Assembly: GCA_963801355.1 (NCBI GenBank)
Contig: CAWDEM010000008.1
Location: 2,400,001-2,464,000, forward strand
From: Ignavibacteriota bacterium
GTDB lineage: Bacteria > Bacteroidota > Ignavibacteria > UBA10030 > UBA6906
Length of the DNA stretch: 64,000 nt
Direction: 5' to 3'
The notes beneath the pieces were generated by a model. The model made no database searches. It was not told the DNA's origin and was given only the letters and a program-made list of their open reading frames with translations. Below, piece after piece: positions 30,315 to 39,909 of the stretch. Both the position numbers and the translations under genes were made by a program. Numbering within the stretch: the first letter of the stretch is position 1; each line of letters opens with the position of its first letter.

Positions 30315-31358
30315 GTGAAACGCAAAACAGACCATACGAACCCGGAGAGGATGGAGAACGAAGCCGAGATGGATCAGGCACTCCGCCCTCTCACATTCGC
30401 GGATTTTAACGGTCAAAAGAAGATCGTTGACAACCTGCGCGTTTTCATTACTGCGGCTCGTCAACGCAAGGAATCGCTCGATCATGTGTTGCTGACCGGC
30501 CCGCCTGGACTCGGCAAAACGACCCTCGCCCATATTATCGCCAACGAAATGGGCGCCGCACTTAAATCCACCTCCGGGCCGGTTCTCGACAAGCCCGGCG
30601 ACCTTGCAGGCCTGCTCACTAACCTGCAAGAAGGCGATGTGCTGTTCATCGACGAAATTCACCGCTTGAATCCCGTGGTCGAGGAGTATCTCTACTCCGC
30701 AATGGAGGATTTCCGTCTGGATATCATGATTGACGCGGGCCCCAATGCGCGCAGCATACAACTCTCGCTCCCCCGCTACACGTTGATCGGCGCCACCACC
30801 AGGTCCGGTCTGCTGACCGCCCCCCTGAGGGCGAGATTCGGCGTCACGAACCGTCTGGACTACTATACAAGCGAGACGCTTGCATCAATTATCAGCCGGT
30901 CCGCCCGCATACTCAACGTCAGGATCGATGACGACGGCATCCACGAAATCGCCCGCCGTTCACGTGGCACCCCGCGAATCGCAAACCGGCTCCTGAGGAG
31001 GTGCAGGGACTTCGCGCAGGCGGACCCCGTGCTCGCGCATCACCGGGGCGTCATCGCCCGTGAGGTTGCAAATCATGCCCTGCTTGCGCTGGAGGTGGAC
31101 GAACACGGTCTGGATGAGATGGACAAACGTATCCTGCTCTGCCTGCTGGAGAAGTACAACGGCGGACCCGTGGGCATCAACACCCTCGCGGTTGCCGTCG
31201 GCGAAGAGGCCGGCACGATCGAGGAAGTCTACGAACCCTACCTGATCCAGGAAGGGTTCATCAAGCGAACACCGCGCGGGCGGGAAGCTACCGTCCTTGC
31301 GTACAAGCACTTTGATATTCGCACACCTGTTCCATCCCAGCATTCACTCTTTGGCTGA
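30315..31358 (+). CDS. ruvB: Holliday junction helicase RuvB
   Basis: [41 protein letters not shown]. Confidence 0.97.
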   Translation: MKRKTDHTNPERMENEAEMDQALRPLTFADFNGQKKIVDNLRVFITAARQRKESLDHVLLTGPPGLGKTTLAHIIANEMGAALKSTSGPVLDKPGDLAGLLTNLQEGDVLFIDEIHRLNPVVEEYLYSAMEDFRLDIMIDAGPNARSIQLSLPRYTLIGATTRSGLLTAPLRARFGVTNRLDYYTSETLASIISRSARILNVRIDDDGIHEIARRSRGTPRIANRLLRRCRDFAQADPVLAHHRGVIAREVANHALLALEVDEHGLDEMDKRILLCLLEKYNGGPVGINTLAVAVGEEAGTIEEVYEPYLIQEGFIKRTPRGREATVLAYKHFDIRTPVPSQHSLFG

Positions 31359-31362
31359 CCCT

Positions 31363-32913
31363 ATGAGTCTCGACGCCGATCTTCAATCGGTACAGGAAGT
31401 CCGGGATACCCTGCAGAAGGTGAAAGAAGCCCAGCTGGAATTCCGCGGCTACTCGCAGGAGCAGGTCGACCGGATCGTGCAGGCGATGGCAGAGGCCGGC
31501 TTCGCCGCCGCCGCCCGGCTGGGGAGACTCGCGTCCGAAGAAACGGGGTTCGGCAAAGCCGAAGACAAGCAGAAGAAGAACGAATTTGCTACGCGCAGGA
31601 TATGGGAATCCATCGCCACCTTGAAGACCGTCGGCATCATCGACGAAGACCCCGCCCGAAAGGTCATCAGGATCGCCGAGCCCATGGGGATCGTGGCGGC
31701 ACTCATCCCGTCGACCAACCCGACGTCGACGGTGTTGTTCAAGGCCATCATTTCCGTGAAGGCACGGAATGGCATTGTGGCAAGCCCGCACCCCAGGGCT
31801 GTCCGCTGCACGATCGAAGCGATGAACGTCATGCGTGACGCGGCGGAAAAAGCAGGCGCCCCCCGCAACCTCATGGTGTGCCTCTCCTCGTCGACACCCG
31901 AGGGGACTGATGAATTAATGCGGCACAAGCTCACTTCTGTCATCCTTGCGACCGGCAGCCACGCGATGGTGCGTGCCGCGTACAGTTCGGGCAAGCCGGC
32001 CTATGGAGTCGGCGCAGGCAATGTTCCGGCCTTCGTTGAGCGTACCGCCAATATCCGTAAAGCGGTCGCCGATGTCATTTCAGCAAAGCTCTTTGACTAC
32101 GGCGTACTCTGCTCCACAGAATCCGCTCTTGTGTGCGACGCTCCCGTGAAGCGTGCAGTGGTCGAAGAATGCATGCGGCGGGGCGGACACTTTGTGGCCG
32201 GCGACGACAAAGCACGCCTCTCCGGCCTGATGTTTGATGCCCGCGGCGCGATCAATCCCGCCATCGTCGGCAAATCGGCGGCGTTCATCGCCCAGCGCGC
32301 GGGTATCACCATCCCCGCGAATATCGGAGTACTGATCGCAGAACTGGACGGAGTCGGACGGGACTATCCGCTCTCGCGCGAAAAACTGTCGCCGGTGCTC
32401 GCGTTCTATACCGTCGACGGATGGCGCGAAGCCTGTCACCGCTGCATGGAACTTCTGGAATTCGGTGGTATTGGCCATTCGATGGTGATCCATTCGGCCG
32501 ACCGGGAGATCATCATGAAGTTTGCCTTGGAGAAACCGGCGTTTCGCATCATGGTGAACACCCAGGGGGCGCTGGGCGCCGCGGGATACACTACCGGACT
32601 GGATCCTTCGCTGACCCTCGGCCCCGGCACATTGGGCGGCTCGATCGTCTCGGACAACGTCACCGCCCGGCACCTATTGAATATCAAACGCCTTGCCTTC
32701 GAGACTCATCCAATAAATCCTGCGGAACCGGCGGAGCCAGGGCAACAGGCAGGGTGGATTGACAATGCCGAACGCCGCCTTGCCTCGCCGGCTGTCAGCC
32801 CGCCACAGGGAACCACGGGTCATGCAGCGGCGGCGAACCGCCGATACGGGACAGGTCTGAGCGAGATGGACCTGGATGCACTCATCGCCCGTTTTCGCAA
32901 GGAGATCAGCTGA
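31363..32913 (+). CDS. CoA-acylating aldehyde dehydrogenase (EutE/AdhE-N type) with C-terminal extension
   Basis: ETGFG, PSTNPTST, PHPRA, ILATG, SSGKPAYGVGAGN, EKLSPVL, SLTLGPGT..DNV. Confidence 0.9.
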   Translation: MSLDADLQSVQEVRDTLQKVKEAQLEFRGYSQEQVDRIVQAMAEAGFAAAARLGRLASEETGFGKAEDKQKKNEFATRRIWESIATLKTVGIIDEDPARKVIRIAEPMGIVAALIPSTNPTSTVLFKAIISVKARNGIVASPHPRAVRCTIEAMNVMRDAAEKAGAPRNLMVCLSSSTPEGTDELMRHKLTSVILATGSHAMVRAAYSSGKPAYGVGAGNVPAFVERTANIRKAVADVISAKLFDYGVLCSTESALVCDAPVKRAVVEECMRRGGHFVAGDDKARLSGLMFDARGAINPAIVGKSAAFIAQRAGITIPANIGVLIAELDGVGRDYPLSREKLSPVLAFYTVDGWREACHRCMELLEFGGIGHSMVIHSADREIIMKFALEKPAFRIMVNTQGALGAAGYTTGLDPSLTLGPGTLGGSIVSDNVTARHLLNIKRLAFETHPINPAEPAEPGQQAGWIDNAERRLASPAVSPPQGTTGHAAAANRRYGTGLSEMDLDALIARFRKEIS

Positions 32914-33014
32914 CCCGGACAGCAAAGAATTTTCATCTCATGTTCAATCGCACCACAACAGTACGCAATCAACACAGAGTCATCGTAACATCCATCCACA
33001 ATCAGGAGTCATCA

Positions 33015-34457
33015 ATGCAAACAAGAACTATGTTCGTAGTCCTTCTTGTGTTGGGGATAGTGGCGTCATGCACCGCCGTGGCGCAATTGCGCGATCAGGG
33101 CATGAGCACGGGGCTGAGTGGAGGTGTCGCCCAGGGTATCACTGATATCACCAAAAACTCCCCCAAGGTCCTTGCCCGGTGGTTCGTCCGCGCCCCATTT
33201 ACTACTGGGCTGTCCGGAGAAATCGGATTGGGCCTGGGAAATGTCGGTGGCGACGAATACAGAACCGAGATCGTCCCCGTGGACTTCCGCTTTGTCGCAA
33301 GCCCGTTTGCGTTCACCGGGGTGAACCCGTTCCTGTATGCCGGAGCCGGTGGCGTATACTATACCGTGAAGGACAAGCCGGCGAACCCAACATCCACAAA
33401 GCTCGACGGCTGGTCTGCATTGGTTCCCTTGGGCATCGGGCTGCAATTTAAGCTCGCCGAAGGATTCGCTTTTGAGGTGAGCGGTGGATACAACATGACG
33501 TTTGGCAAGAATCTCAATGCGATCCTCGAAACGAAGAATGACAATTACATCAGCGGGCTCGCCGGCATCACCCTCTACGGCGAGAGCCCGAATGCCGATC
33601 CCGACGCCGACGGACTCACGAATGCCGAGGAGAAGCAGCTCGGCACGAACTCAAAGGTGGCGGACAGCGACGGCGACGGACTCAAGGACGGCGAGGAAGT
33701 CCTCAAGTACAAAACCGCACCGTTGAAGGCCGATAGCGATGGAGACGGACTGAAGGACGGCGAGGAAGTCTTGACCGACAAGACCGACCCGAACAAAGCC
33801 GACACGGACGGCGACGGCCTGAACGATGGTGAAGAGATCTCGAAATACAGGACCGACCCTCTGAAGGCCGACACAGACGGTGATGGCCTGAAGGACGGTG
33901 AAGAGGTCATGAAGTACAAGACCGATCCTCTGAAAGCCGACACAGACGGTGATGGCCTGAAGGACGGCGAAGAGGTCATGAAGTACAAGACCGATCCTCT
34001 GAAGCCCGATACGGACGGCGGCACGGTGCTCGATGGCGCAGAAATCGTGCGTGGTTCGAATCCATTGGATCCCACGGATGATGTGCCCAAGAAGGAAGAG
34101 CTCAAGGTAGAGGCGGGCAAAGCCATTATCCTGGAGGGCGTGCAGTTCGAGACCGGAAAAGCAGCGATAACTCCTTCATCGGAGGCCGTTCTTGAAATCG
34201 TGCTGAACACGCTTGCCCAGAACCCCGATATCGCCGTTGAGATCCGCGGCTACACCGACAACGTCGGTAAGAAAGCAAGCAATCTGAAGCTGTCACAGGG
34301 ACGGGCCGATGCGGTGCGCGAGTGGCTCGTCGCCAAGGGCATCGCTCCAGAACGCATCACGGCCAAAGGTTACGGCCAGGACAACCCGATTTCACCCAAC
34401 ACCACGAAAGAAGGAAAAGCGAAGAACCGGCGCATCGAGTTCTTCCGGACGAAGTAA
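33015..34457 (+). CDS. OmpA-family outer membrane protein: beta-barrel, Ca-binding DxDGDG repeats, peptidoglycan-binding domain
   Basis: Signal peptide, seven DxDGDGLxDGEE-type repeats, GYTDNVG...NLKLSQGRA...NRRIEF. Confidence 0.9.
   Translation: MQTRTMFVVLLVLGIVASCTAVAQLRDQGMSTGLSGGVAQGITDITKNSPKVLARWFVRAPFTTGLSGEIGLGLGNVGGDEYRTEIVPVDFRFVASPFAFTGVNPFLYAGAGGVYYTVKDKPANPTSTKLDGWSALVPLGIGLQFKLAEGFAFEVSGGYNMTFGKNLNAILETKNDNYISGLAGITLYGESPNADPDADGLTNAEEKQLGTNSKVADSDGDGLKDGEEVLKYKTAPLKADSDGDGLKDGEEVLTDKTDPNKADTDGDGLNDGEEISKYRTDPLKADTDGDGLKDGEEVMKYKTDPLKADTDGDGLKDGEEVMKYKTDPLKPDTDGGTVLDGAEIVRGSNPLDPTDDVPKKEELKVEAGKAIILEGVQFETGKAAITPSSEAVLEIVLNTLAQNPDIAVEIRGYTDNVGKKASNLKLSQGRADAVREWLVAKGIAPERITAKGYGQDNPISPNTTKEGKAKNRRIEFFRTK
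33595..34080. repeat. Coding tandem repeats with ~69-bp (23-aa) period
   Basis: Near-identical units begin at 33851, 33920 and 33989 ([23 protein letters not shown]); flanking copies are more diverged. Confidence 0.85.
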
Positions 34458-34466
34458 CCACCTTTT

Positions 34467-34516
34467 CGCCGGTGTGCGCCCATCATCATCCGGGCGCACA
34501 CCGGTGTGATTTTTCT
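34467..34516 (+). terminator. Stem-loop after the ompA-like gene (terminator or mRNA stabiliser)
   Basis: CCGGTGTGCGCCC...GGGCGCACACCGG 13-bp stem followed by TGTGATTTTT. Confidence 0.55.
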
Positions 34517-34534
34517 CCCAGAAGGAGTACACTT

Positions 34535-34939
34535 ATGTCCATGATCCAAGAATTCAAAGCCTTTGCCATGAAGGGTAACGTCGTCGATATGGCGGTCGGT
34601 ATCATCATCGGCACGGCATTCGGGAAGATCGTCACTTCGCTGGTCAATGATGTCATCATGCCTCCTATCGGATTGCTGTTGGGTGGAGCTGATTTCAGCA
34701 ACCTCAGCATCCCTCTTCGGGACGCTGCAGAAGGAGTTTCCGCGGTGGTGTTGAAATACGGGGTCTTCATCAACACGATCATCGATTTTGTCATCGTCGC
34801 CCTGGCGATTTTCCTGCTCGTGCGCGCCATGAATTCCCTCCGCAAGAAGAAGGAGGAAGCCCCTGCCGCACCGCCGGCACCCACAAAACAGGAAGTGCTG
34901 CTTGGTGAAATCCGGGATCTTCTTAAGGCGGGAAGATAA
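34535..34939 (+). CDS. mscL: Large-conductance mechanosensitive channel
   Basis: [35 protein letters not shown]. Confidence 0.97.
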   Translation: MSMIQEFKAFAMKGNVVDMAVGIIIGTAFGKIVTSLVNDVIMPPIGLLLGGADFSNLSIPLRDAAEGVSAVVLKYGVFINTIIDFVIVALAIFLLVRAMNSLRKKKEEAPAAPPAPTKQEVLLGEIRDLLKAGR

Positions 34940-35000
34940 GTATATGGGTGTTGCGGGGCAACCCTGTGGTGTCACTCACGGTTTCATGAAGGAGAGGAAG

Positions 35001-35867
35001 ATGCGTTCTTTCACCGTCTTGCTTGGTGCAATGTGTGTTCTCACGATAGGCATGCAGGGGACGCTGACTGCACAGCAGGATACTGTAAAAGCGCCCGAAT
35101 ACGGCTGGAAGCACACCAGCGTCGGCACAGTGACCCTGTCACAGGTCGCGTTCACCGACTGGACCCAGGGAGGGGAGAATGCCCTCGCATGGGCCCTCGG
35201 TCTGGAGGGGAAGTCAGTCCAGGAACAGGAACGGACGAACTGGTCGAATAGCTATAAATTCGGGTTCGGGCAAACCCGGCTCGGCGATCAGGGGATACGC
35301 AAGACCGATGACCGGATCGATCTTGAGTCAATGCTCACGTACAAGCTGGCCGAAAAGGTGAATCCATATGCCGCCGCCACGCTCAAGACACAGTTCGCCA
35401 AAGGGTTCAAATACGACGGCGCCGGCAACGGAACAGCGGTCTCCCAGTTCTTTGATCCTGCATATCTGACGCAGAGCGTGGGGGCGGTGTACCAACCGAT
35501 TCCCGAACTCAAAACCCGGTTCGGCGTCGGTCTCCGCGAGATTCTCACATCCAACTTTCCGGGCTATGCCGACGACCTCGAGACCCTGGAAATTGAAAAG
35601 ACCCGCGTAAACGGCGGCCTTGAGTCTGTGACAGAGCTGGCCTGGAAGATCGATGAGAATGTCACATTCGGATCAAAGCTGGAAATGTTCAGCACGTTCA
35701 AGAAATTGGATGAGGTGATCGTCCGGAGCGACAACACGCTGGCGGCAAAAGTCAGCAGCTTCATTACGGTGTTGCTCAATGTGCAACTTCTCAACGAACG
35801 TGCGATCAGCCCCCGCACACAGGTCAAAGAAGTGCTGGGCATTGGCCTCACATACACATTTCTCTAA
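35001..35867 (+). CDS. Outer membrane beta-barrel protein (DUF3078-like)
   Basis: Signal peptide, WTQGGE, RKTDDRI, TQFAKG, FFDPAYL, terminal GLTYTFL. Confidence 0.75.
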   Translation: MRSFTVLLGAMCVLTIGMQGTLTAQQDTVKAPEYGWKHTSVGTVTLSQVAFTDWTQGGENALAWALGLEGKSVQEQERTNWSNSYKFGFGQTRLGDQGIRKTDDRIDLESMLTYKLAEKVNPYAAATLKTQFAKGFKYDGAGNGTAVSQFFDPAYLTQSVGAVYQPIPELKTRFGVGLREILTSNFPGYADDLETLEIEKTRVNGGLESVTELAWKIDENVTFGSKLEMFSTFKKLDEVIVRSDNTLAAKVSSFITVLLNVQLLNERAISPRTQVKEVLGIGLTYTFL

Positions 35868-35977
35868 GCCGGGGAGGAGCTCATTCCCTTCCCCCCTTTC
35901 TGACCTTCTCCTCCACCCTTGCCTCTTCTCTTTCAACGGGAAGGGGCAGGTGTGATTGGAGTCGATCGGCACACATC

Positions 35978-36580
35978 ATGCCCGGTCATAAGCTCTCCCG
36001 CTCGTTCTACCTCCAACCGACACTCGAAGTCGCCCGGAAGCTTCTCGGGATGTATCTGGTCCGCAACACCGCCGGGAGCCGGCTGGCAGGGCGTATCGTC
36101 GAAGTTGAAGCATATCTTGGGGAGCTGGACCCTGCGAGTCACGCCTACCGCGGCCGCACCGCACGCAACGACGTCATGTTTTCCCGGGGCGGCCACCTCT
36201 ATGTCTACTTCACATACGGCATGCATTTCTGCAGCAACGTGGTAACGGAAAAAGCGGGCATCGGCCGCGCTGTGCTCCTGCGTGCCCTGGAGCCGGTAGA
36301 GGGGATCCCTCTGCTTGCGCGACGACGCGGAAAGGATCCTGCGGACCCCGAACAACTGTGCAATGGTCCGGCGAAGCTCTGCCAGGCATTCAGCATCGGA
36401 CGGGAGCAGAACGGCACTGACCTCTGCGGAAGCGATATCTGGATCGAGCGAAGGGATTCACCGCTCCGGATCGCCCAGATCGGCACGTCATCGCGTGTAG
36501 GAATCTCGGCAGGAAGAAAGCAGAAGTGGCGGTTCTTCGTGAAGGGGAACCGGTTTGTGTCGAAGGGACGGCCCGGGTGA
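35978..36580 (+). CDS. DNA-3-methyladenine glycosylase (MPG/AAG family)
   Basis: GRIVEVEAY, DPASH, YVYFTYGMH, AVLLRA, NGPAKL, RVGIS. Confidence 0.93.
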   Translation: MPGHKLSRSFYLQPTLEVARKLLGMYLVRNTAGSRLAGRIVEVEAYLGELDPASHAYRGRTARNDVMFSRGGHLYVYFTYGMHFCSNVVTEKAGIGRAVLLRALEPVEGIPLLARRRGKDPADPEQLCNGPAKLCQAFSIGREQNGTDLCGSDIWIERRDSPLRIAQIGTSSRVGISAGRKQKWRFFVKGNRFVSKGRPG

Positions 36581-36584
36581 AGAC

Positions 36585-36702
36585 GGGCGATAGGCACGAG
36601 GCGATCGGCAGGAGCCGATAGGCACGAGGTGATGGGCACGAGGCAATAGGGAGGAGACGCTTCCCTCCTATTGCCCAACGCCTGGTGCCTCGTGCCGTCG
36701 CT
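36585..36702. repeat. Heptamer (AGGCACG/AGGCRAT) tandem-inverted repeat element
   Basis: About nine 7-bp units, a central hairpin, then reverse-complement units; lies between convergent genes. Confidence 0.8.
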
Positions 36703-36720
36703 TGTTGTCTACGGCCTCAA

Positions 36721-39450
36721 CTACTTCAACAACAGCAACTTCTTGCTTTCCGTAAAACTCCCCGCTCCGCTCTTGGAGTCACGCCCGACGGCGGAGTCCA
36801 GAGGGCGGACTTGCAGCCGGTAGAAGTACGTGCCGGTTGCCATGCCCAACGCATTCCACTCCACCTGGTATCTCCCCGCCACGACATCTTCATTCATGAG
36901 CTCGGTTACCTGCCGGCCCAGCAGATCATAGACCGTCAGGGAAACTCTGCTTCTCTCAGGAATCGAGAATCTAATTGTTGTGGACGGATTGAACGGATTC
37001 GGATAGTTCTGCAGCAATTCATAGCGCGACGCCACGCCTTCAGCCGATTCGACAGAAGATACTCCGGAGCCACTCGTCACGATCGCGCGGATCCGGAGAT
37101 TGTTCGGCGTAATTGCCACCCACGCCGACCCGTCATACAGAAAGCTCCGGTTTGAAGCAACTGTTCCCGCATCCTGGCGCACCCTCACCGTATCTCCGGT
37201 TCCCGGGATGGACGCGACTATGAAGTAGTCGGTCCCCGACGTCACCGGAACATTGGCACTCATAAGCTGCGTGTAGTTGTACGTTTCACGGCAGAGCATA
37301 CCCAAAGGAACCAGCACGCTGTTCCCGATCTTCGTCCCCGGCATGCCGCCGCTGTTAGTATAGATCTCGTACTGCATGTTGCCTGTGCCAACGATCCCGT
37401 CGCTGTTCCGCGTCACATTCATCTGGACACCTGTCAGCCTACCGTTGACATCCGGTGTGAACCTCACGGCATACTTGGTGGAACCGGCGAGCGTCCGGGT
37501 TTGACTTGTACCGGCAACGTCGTAGGCGAAGGTTTTTCGCACGACGGTGGCGGCACCGTTGTAACTCTTCGCCACCGCCTCAACAATGTCCAGCTTTCCA
37601 TAACCCCACGTGTAGTTCGGGAGGCCGGATGCAAACGCATCACCGTTCGCGGTTGATGTGATCAGAGTCTTGATTTGCGCCGCAGTCAGCGATGGCTTTG
37701 CCCCCAGCAGCAACGCACAGGCACCGGTCACATGTGGGGCTGACATGCTTGTGCCCGACAGGATCTGGTGTTTCTGCCCGGGGTGGATAACACTGGCCGC
37801 GCCTGTCGTGTCCACGAAACTCGAGAGGGCAGACGAAATCCCCTGCCCGGGGGCGGCAATATCCGGTTTGAGCCGGCCATCTCTGGTGGGCCCGATAGAG
37901 CTCCATGCCGAGATGTTCCCGGTTCGGTCAGTGCCAGCATAAAAATAGGTCTGCCCTGTGTAGACCGGCCAGCCCCACTTCGTCGCATAAGCACCTACGG
38001 TAATCGCCCCATCAGATGTGCCGGGCATATCGAGGGTCTTGTCATATCCTCCGCCCGTCAATGTGACGGAAGCGTTTCCCACGGTCTTTGTAACCAGCCA
38101 GGCGTCATAGGTCACCTGCCCGCCGCTTGTATTTGTGATGGCCAGCGTCCACGTACCGGTCTTGGGCACATTCGTGGTTGCGTCATGTACCCAGAGGTAG
38201 ACTTCCCGATCGGAATTCAAGCTGCTTGTGATATTCTGGAGCGTGATGGTCCCATCGGTGTTGACCGGACCGTCACCGAACTCTCCGGCATTGCGCGTGT
38301 ATGTGATGCCTGTTGGTGACGTAACCATTGCCGAGACAGTCGGATTGCCCGAAAACCATGCTTCAAAAGAAAACGCGTCGTTGTCTGTGCTTGCAGTCGG
38401 TGTATATGTTGGCACCGTGAACGTAATCGTCGCCATCCCGGCGGCTGCAATTGTCCCCGCAATGTGCATCGGTTGGTCCCCTTTGTTGCCGGCAGAAACC
38501 ACAACAACGCGGCCGGGCGTACCGACAAATGTGTCCATCGCCACCTCGTACGCGCGGGTTCCGTCACGGGGTCCTGACTGTCCGCCGATGCTGTAGTTGA
38601 TCACAACAGGCTTGCCGAGAGCGACGGCCTTCGCCTGTGCATAGGTCAGTCCATCGATCATATTTGTCTCGGAGAAGGAGTTGTCCCCCCCTTTCACAAC
38701 GATAATATCTGCCATGGGGGCCATGCCGGCGTACTTGCCTCCAAAGGTGCCGCCATTGCCAGCGGCCGTTCCTGCCACGTGCGTGCCATGGCCATTCGTA
38801 TCTTTTTCACGCACGATGCCCGCCGGTGATCCGTCAATTTCGTTGTCAATCTGGGCCTTCGTGTATTCCACGCCGTACGCGAAACCGGAGGGTGAAGTCT
38901 CTCCCCCAGTGGGGGTCAACGTTTGATCCCAGATGAAAAGAATGCGGGTCTTCGTGCTGTCACCGGGCATGCAGAAATCCTTGTGCTTCCAGTCTATGCC
39001 GGTGTCAAAGACGACCACGATCGCACCCTGCCCCTTGTAGGGAGTTGAGTTGACCAAACCGCCATGGAGCAGGGATGCCCCGGTCTCGGGAATGCTGACA
39101 TCGTTTACCGGATAATTCACGCTGCCCGGATCCAGATAGTGCACTTCGGGCATACCGGCAAGCTGTTCGATGTCGCGGGGCGTGATCTGCGCTGTCACAA
39201 ATTTCGGAAAAGCGCTGTTCACATGAATACCGGCGGCACGTATGGCATCGGGGTTTGCCGTGTAGATGATGGCATCATAGGGACTGCCGACCCGGGAGGC
39301 ACCCTCCAGGTGCGGCTGGCCGGTGAGTGCTTGCTGGAAAAAAGGGTGGAGCTTTTGGGCGGCCGGTCCCCCCGGTGCACCCGCCAGGAGAATTGCCGCA
39401 CCGCAGGTGAGGAGAAACCCACCCACCAGCAACCGTCGCAAAGCGCTCAT
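36721..39450 (-). CDS. Secreted S8 subtilase (CspA-like) with T9SS-type C-terminal sorting domain
   Basis: Signal peptide, prodomain, triad DTGID / HGTHVAG / GTSMSAPHV, RILFIWDQT motif, inserted domain, C-terminal LLQNYPNPFNPSTTI...KKLLLLK. Confidence 0.92.
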   Translation of the reverse strand: MSALRRLLVGGFLLTCGAAILLAGAPGGPAAQKLHPFFQQALTGQPHLEGASRVGSPYDAIIYTANPDAIRAAGIHVNSAFPKFVTAQITPRDIEQLAGMPEVHYLDPGSVNYPVNDVSIPETGASLLHGGLVNSTPYKGQGAIVVVFDTGIDWKHKDFCMPGDSTKTRILFIWDQTLTPTGGETSPSGFAYGVEYTKAQIDNEIDGSPAGIVREKDTNGHGTHVAGTAAGNGGTFGGKYAGMAPMADIIVVKGGDNSFSETNMIDGLTYAQAKAVALGKPVVINYSIGGQSGPRDGTRAYEVAMDTFVGTPGRVVVVSAGNKGDQPMHIAGTIAAAGMATITFTVPTYTPTASTDNDAFSFEAWFSGNPTVSAMVTSPTGITYTRNAGEFGDGPVNTDGTITLQNITSSLNSDREVYLWVHDATTNVPKTGTWTLAITNTSGGQVTYDAWLVTKTVGNASVTLTGGGYDKTLDMPGTSDGAITVGAYATKWGWPVYTGQTYFYAGTDRTGNISAWSSIGPTRDGRLKPDIAAPGQGISSALSSFVDTTGAASVIHPGQKHQILSGTSMSAPHVTGACALLLGAKPSLTAAQIKTLITSTANGDAFASGLPNYTWGYGKLDIVEAVAKSYNGAATVVRKTFAYDVAGTSQTRTLAGSTKYAVRFTPDVNGRLTGVQMNVTRNSDGIVGTGNMQYEIYTNSGGMPGTKIGNSVLVPLGMLCRETYNYTQLMSANVPVTSGTDYFIVASIPGTGDTVRVRQDAGTVASNRSFLYDGSAWVAITPNNLRIRAIVTSGSGVSSVESAEGVASRYELLQNYPNPFNPSTTIRFSIPERSRVSLTVYDLLGRQVTELMNEDVVAGRYQVEWNALGMATGTYFYRLQVRPLDSAVGRDSKSGAGSFTESKKLLLLK

Positions 39451-39482
39451 GTGTGTAGCCTTTCAGAATGTATGGGAAGATG

Positions 39483-39840
39483 TCATTTGTGAAGTTGATT
39501 CTTGCTGCCCTCATCTACGGAGCGGACTGAGGGAAGAGCGAGGAGCGCACGGAGCTGGTCTTTTGAAACGCGGGCTGTAATGACATCACCGAACGCGCTC
39601 TGCACTTTGACCCCTTGAGCCCGGATTTCATCGGGACTGTCCGAGCGGATGATCACGCCATATTCCTTTGTCCCGTCAGCTCCCACCGTGACGTCATACA
39701 ATGCGTCGGGCACTGACTGTTCGGTCAACAGTGCCAGAAGACCGGGTGTGAGTTTTGCCTTTCTCTGCAGAACTCAATTCACGGGATCCGCAGCAGGAGG
39801 TGGCAAACACCAGGAGAAGAATTGCGGGATATCGCAGCAT
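39483..39840 (-). CDS. Small putative lipoprotein resembling the subtilase prodomain, interrupted by a 1-nt frameshift near 39753-39763
   Basis: GGAGG SD and ATG 39840 give MLRYPAILLLVFATSCCGSRELSSAEK; the next frame continues KLTPGLLALLTEQ...GSKNQLHK, the 81-aa ORF-track entry. Confidence 0.75.
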
Positions 39841-39869
39841 GTGGCCCTCCGGAAGAAGTTCGTGGTCAT

Positions 39870-39898
39870 AGAATACTGAATCCTTCTGCCAGACACAA
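39870..39898 (-). promoter_or_regulatory. Putative sigma70 promoter for the lipoprotein-subtilase pair
   Basis: TTGTGT-17-TATTCT on the minus strand, 30 nt upstream of ATG 39840. Confidence 0.5.
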
Positions 39899-39909
39899 GG
39901 TCCCGGGGA

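Noticed and set aside
33851-34020. Regular direct repeats as a possible CRISPR array
   Set aside because: Contiguous in-frame coding repeats with no unique spacers and no cas genes.
35870-35955. Pyrimidine-rich tract followed by GGGAAGGGGCAGG, resembling a degenerate CCCTCTCC/GGAGAGGG REP-type element
   Set aside because: Pairing is too imperfect to define an element.
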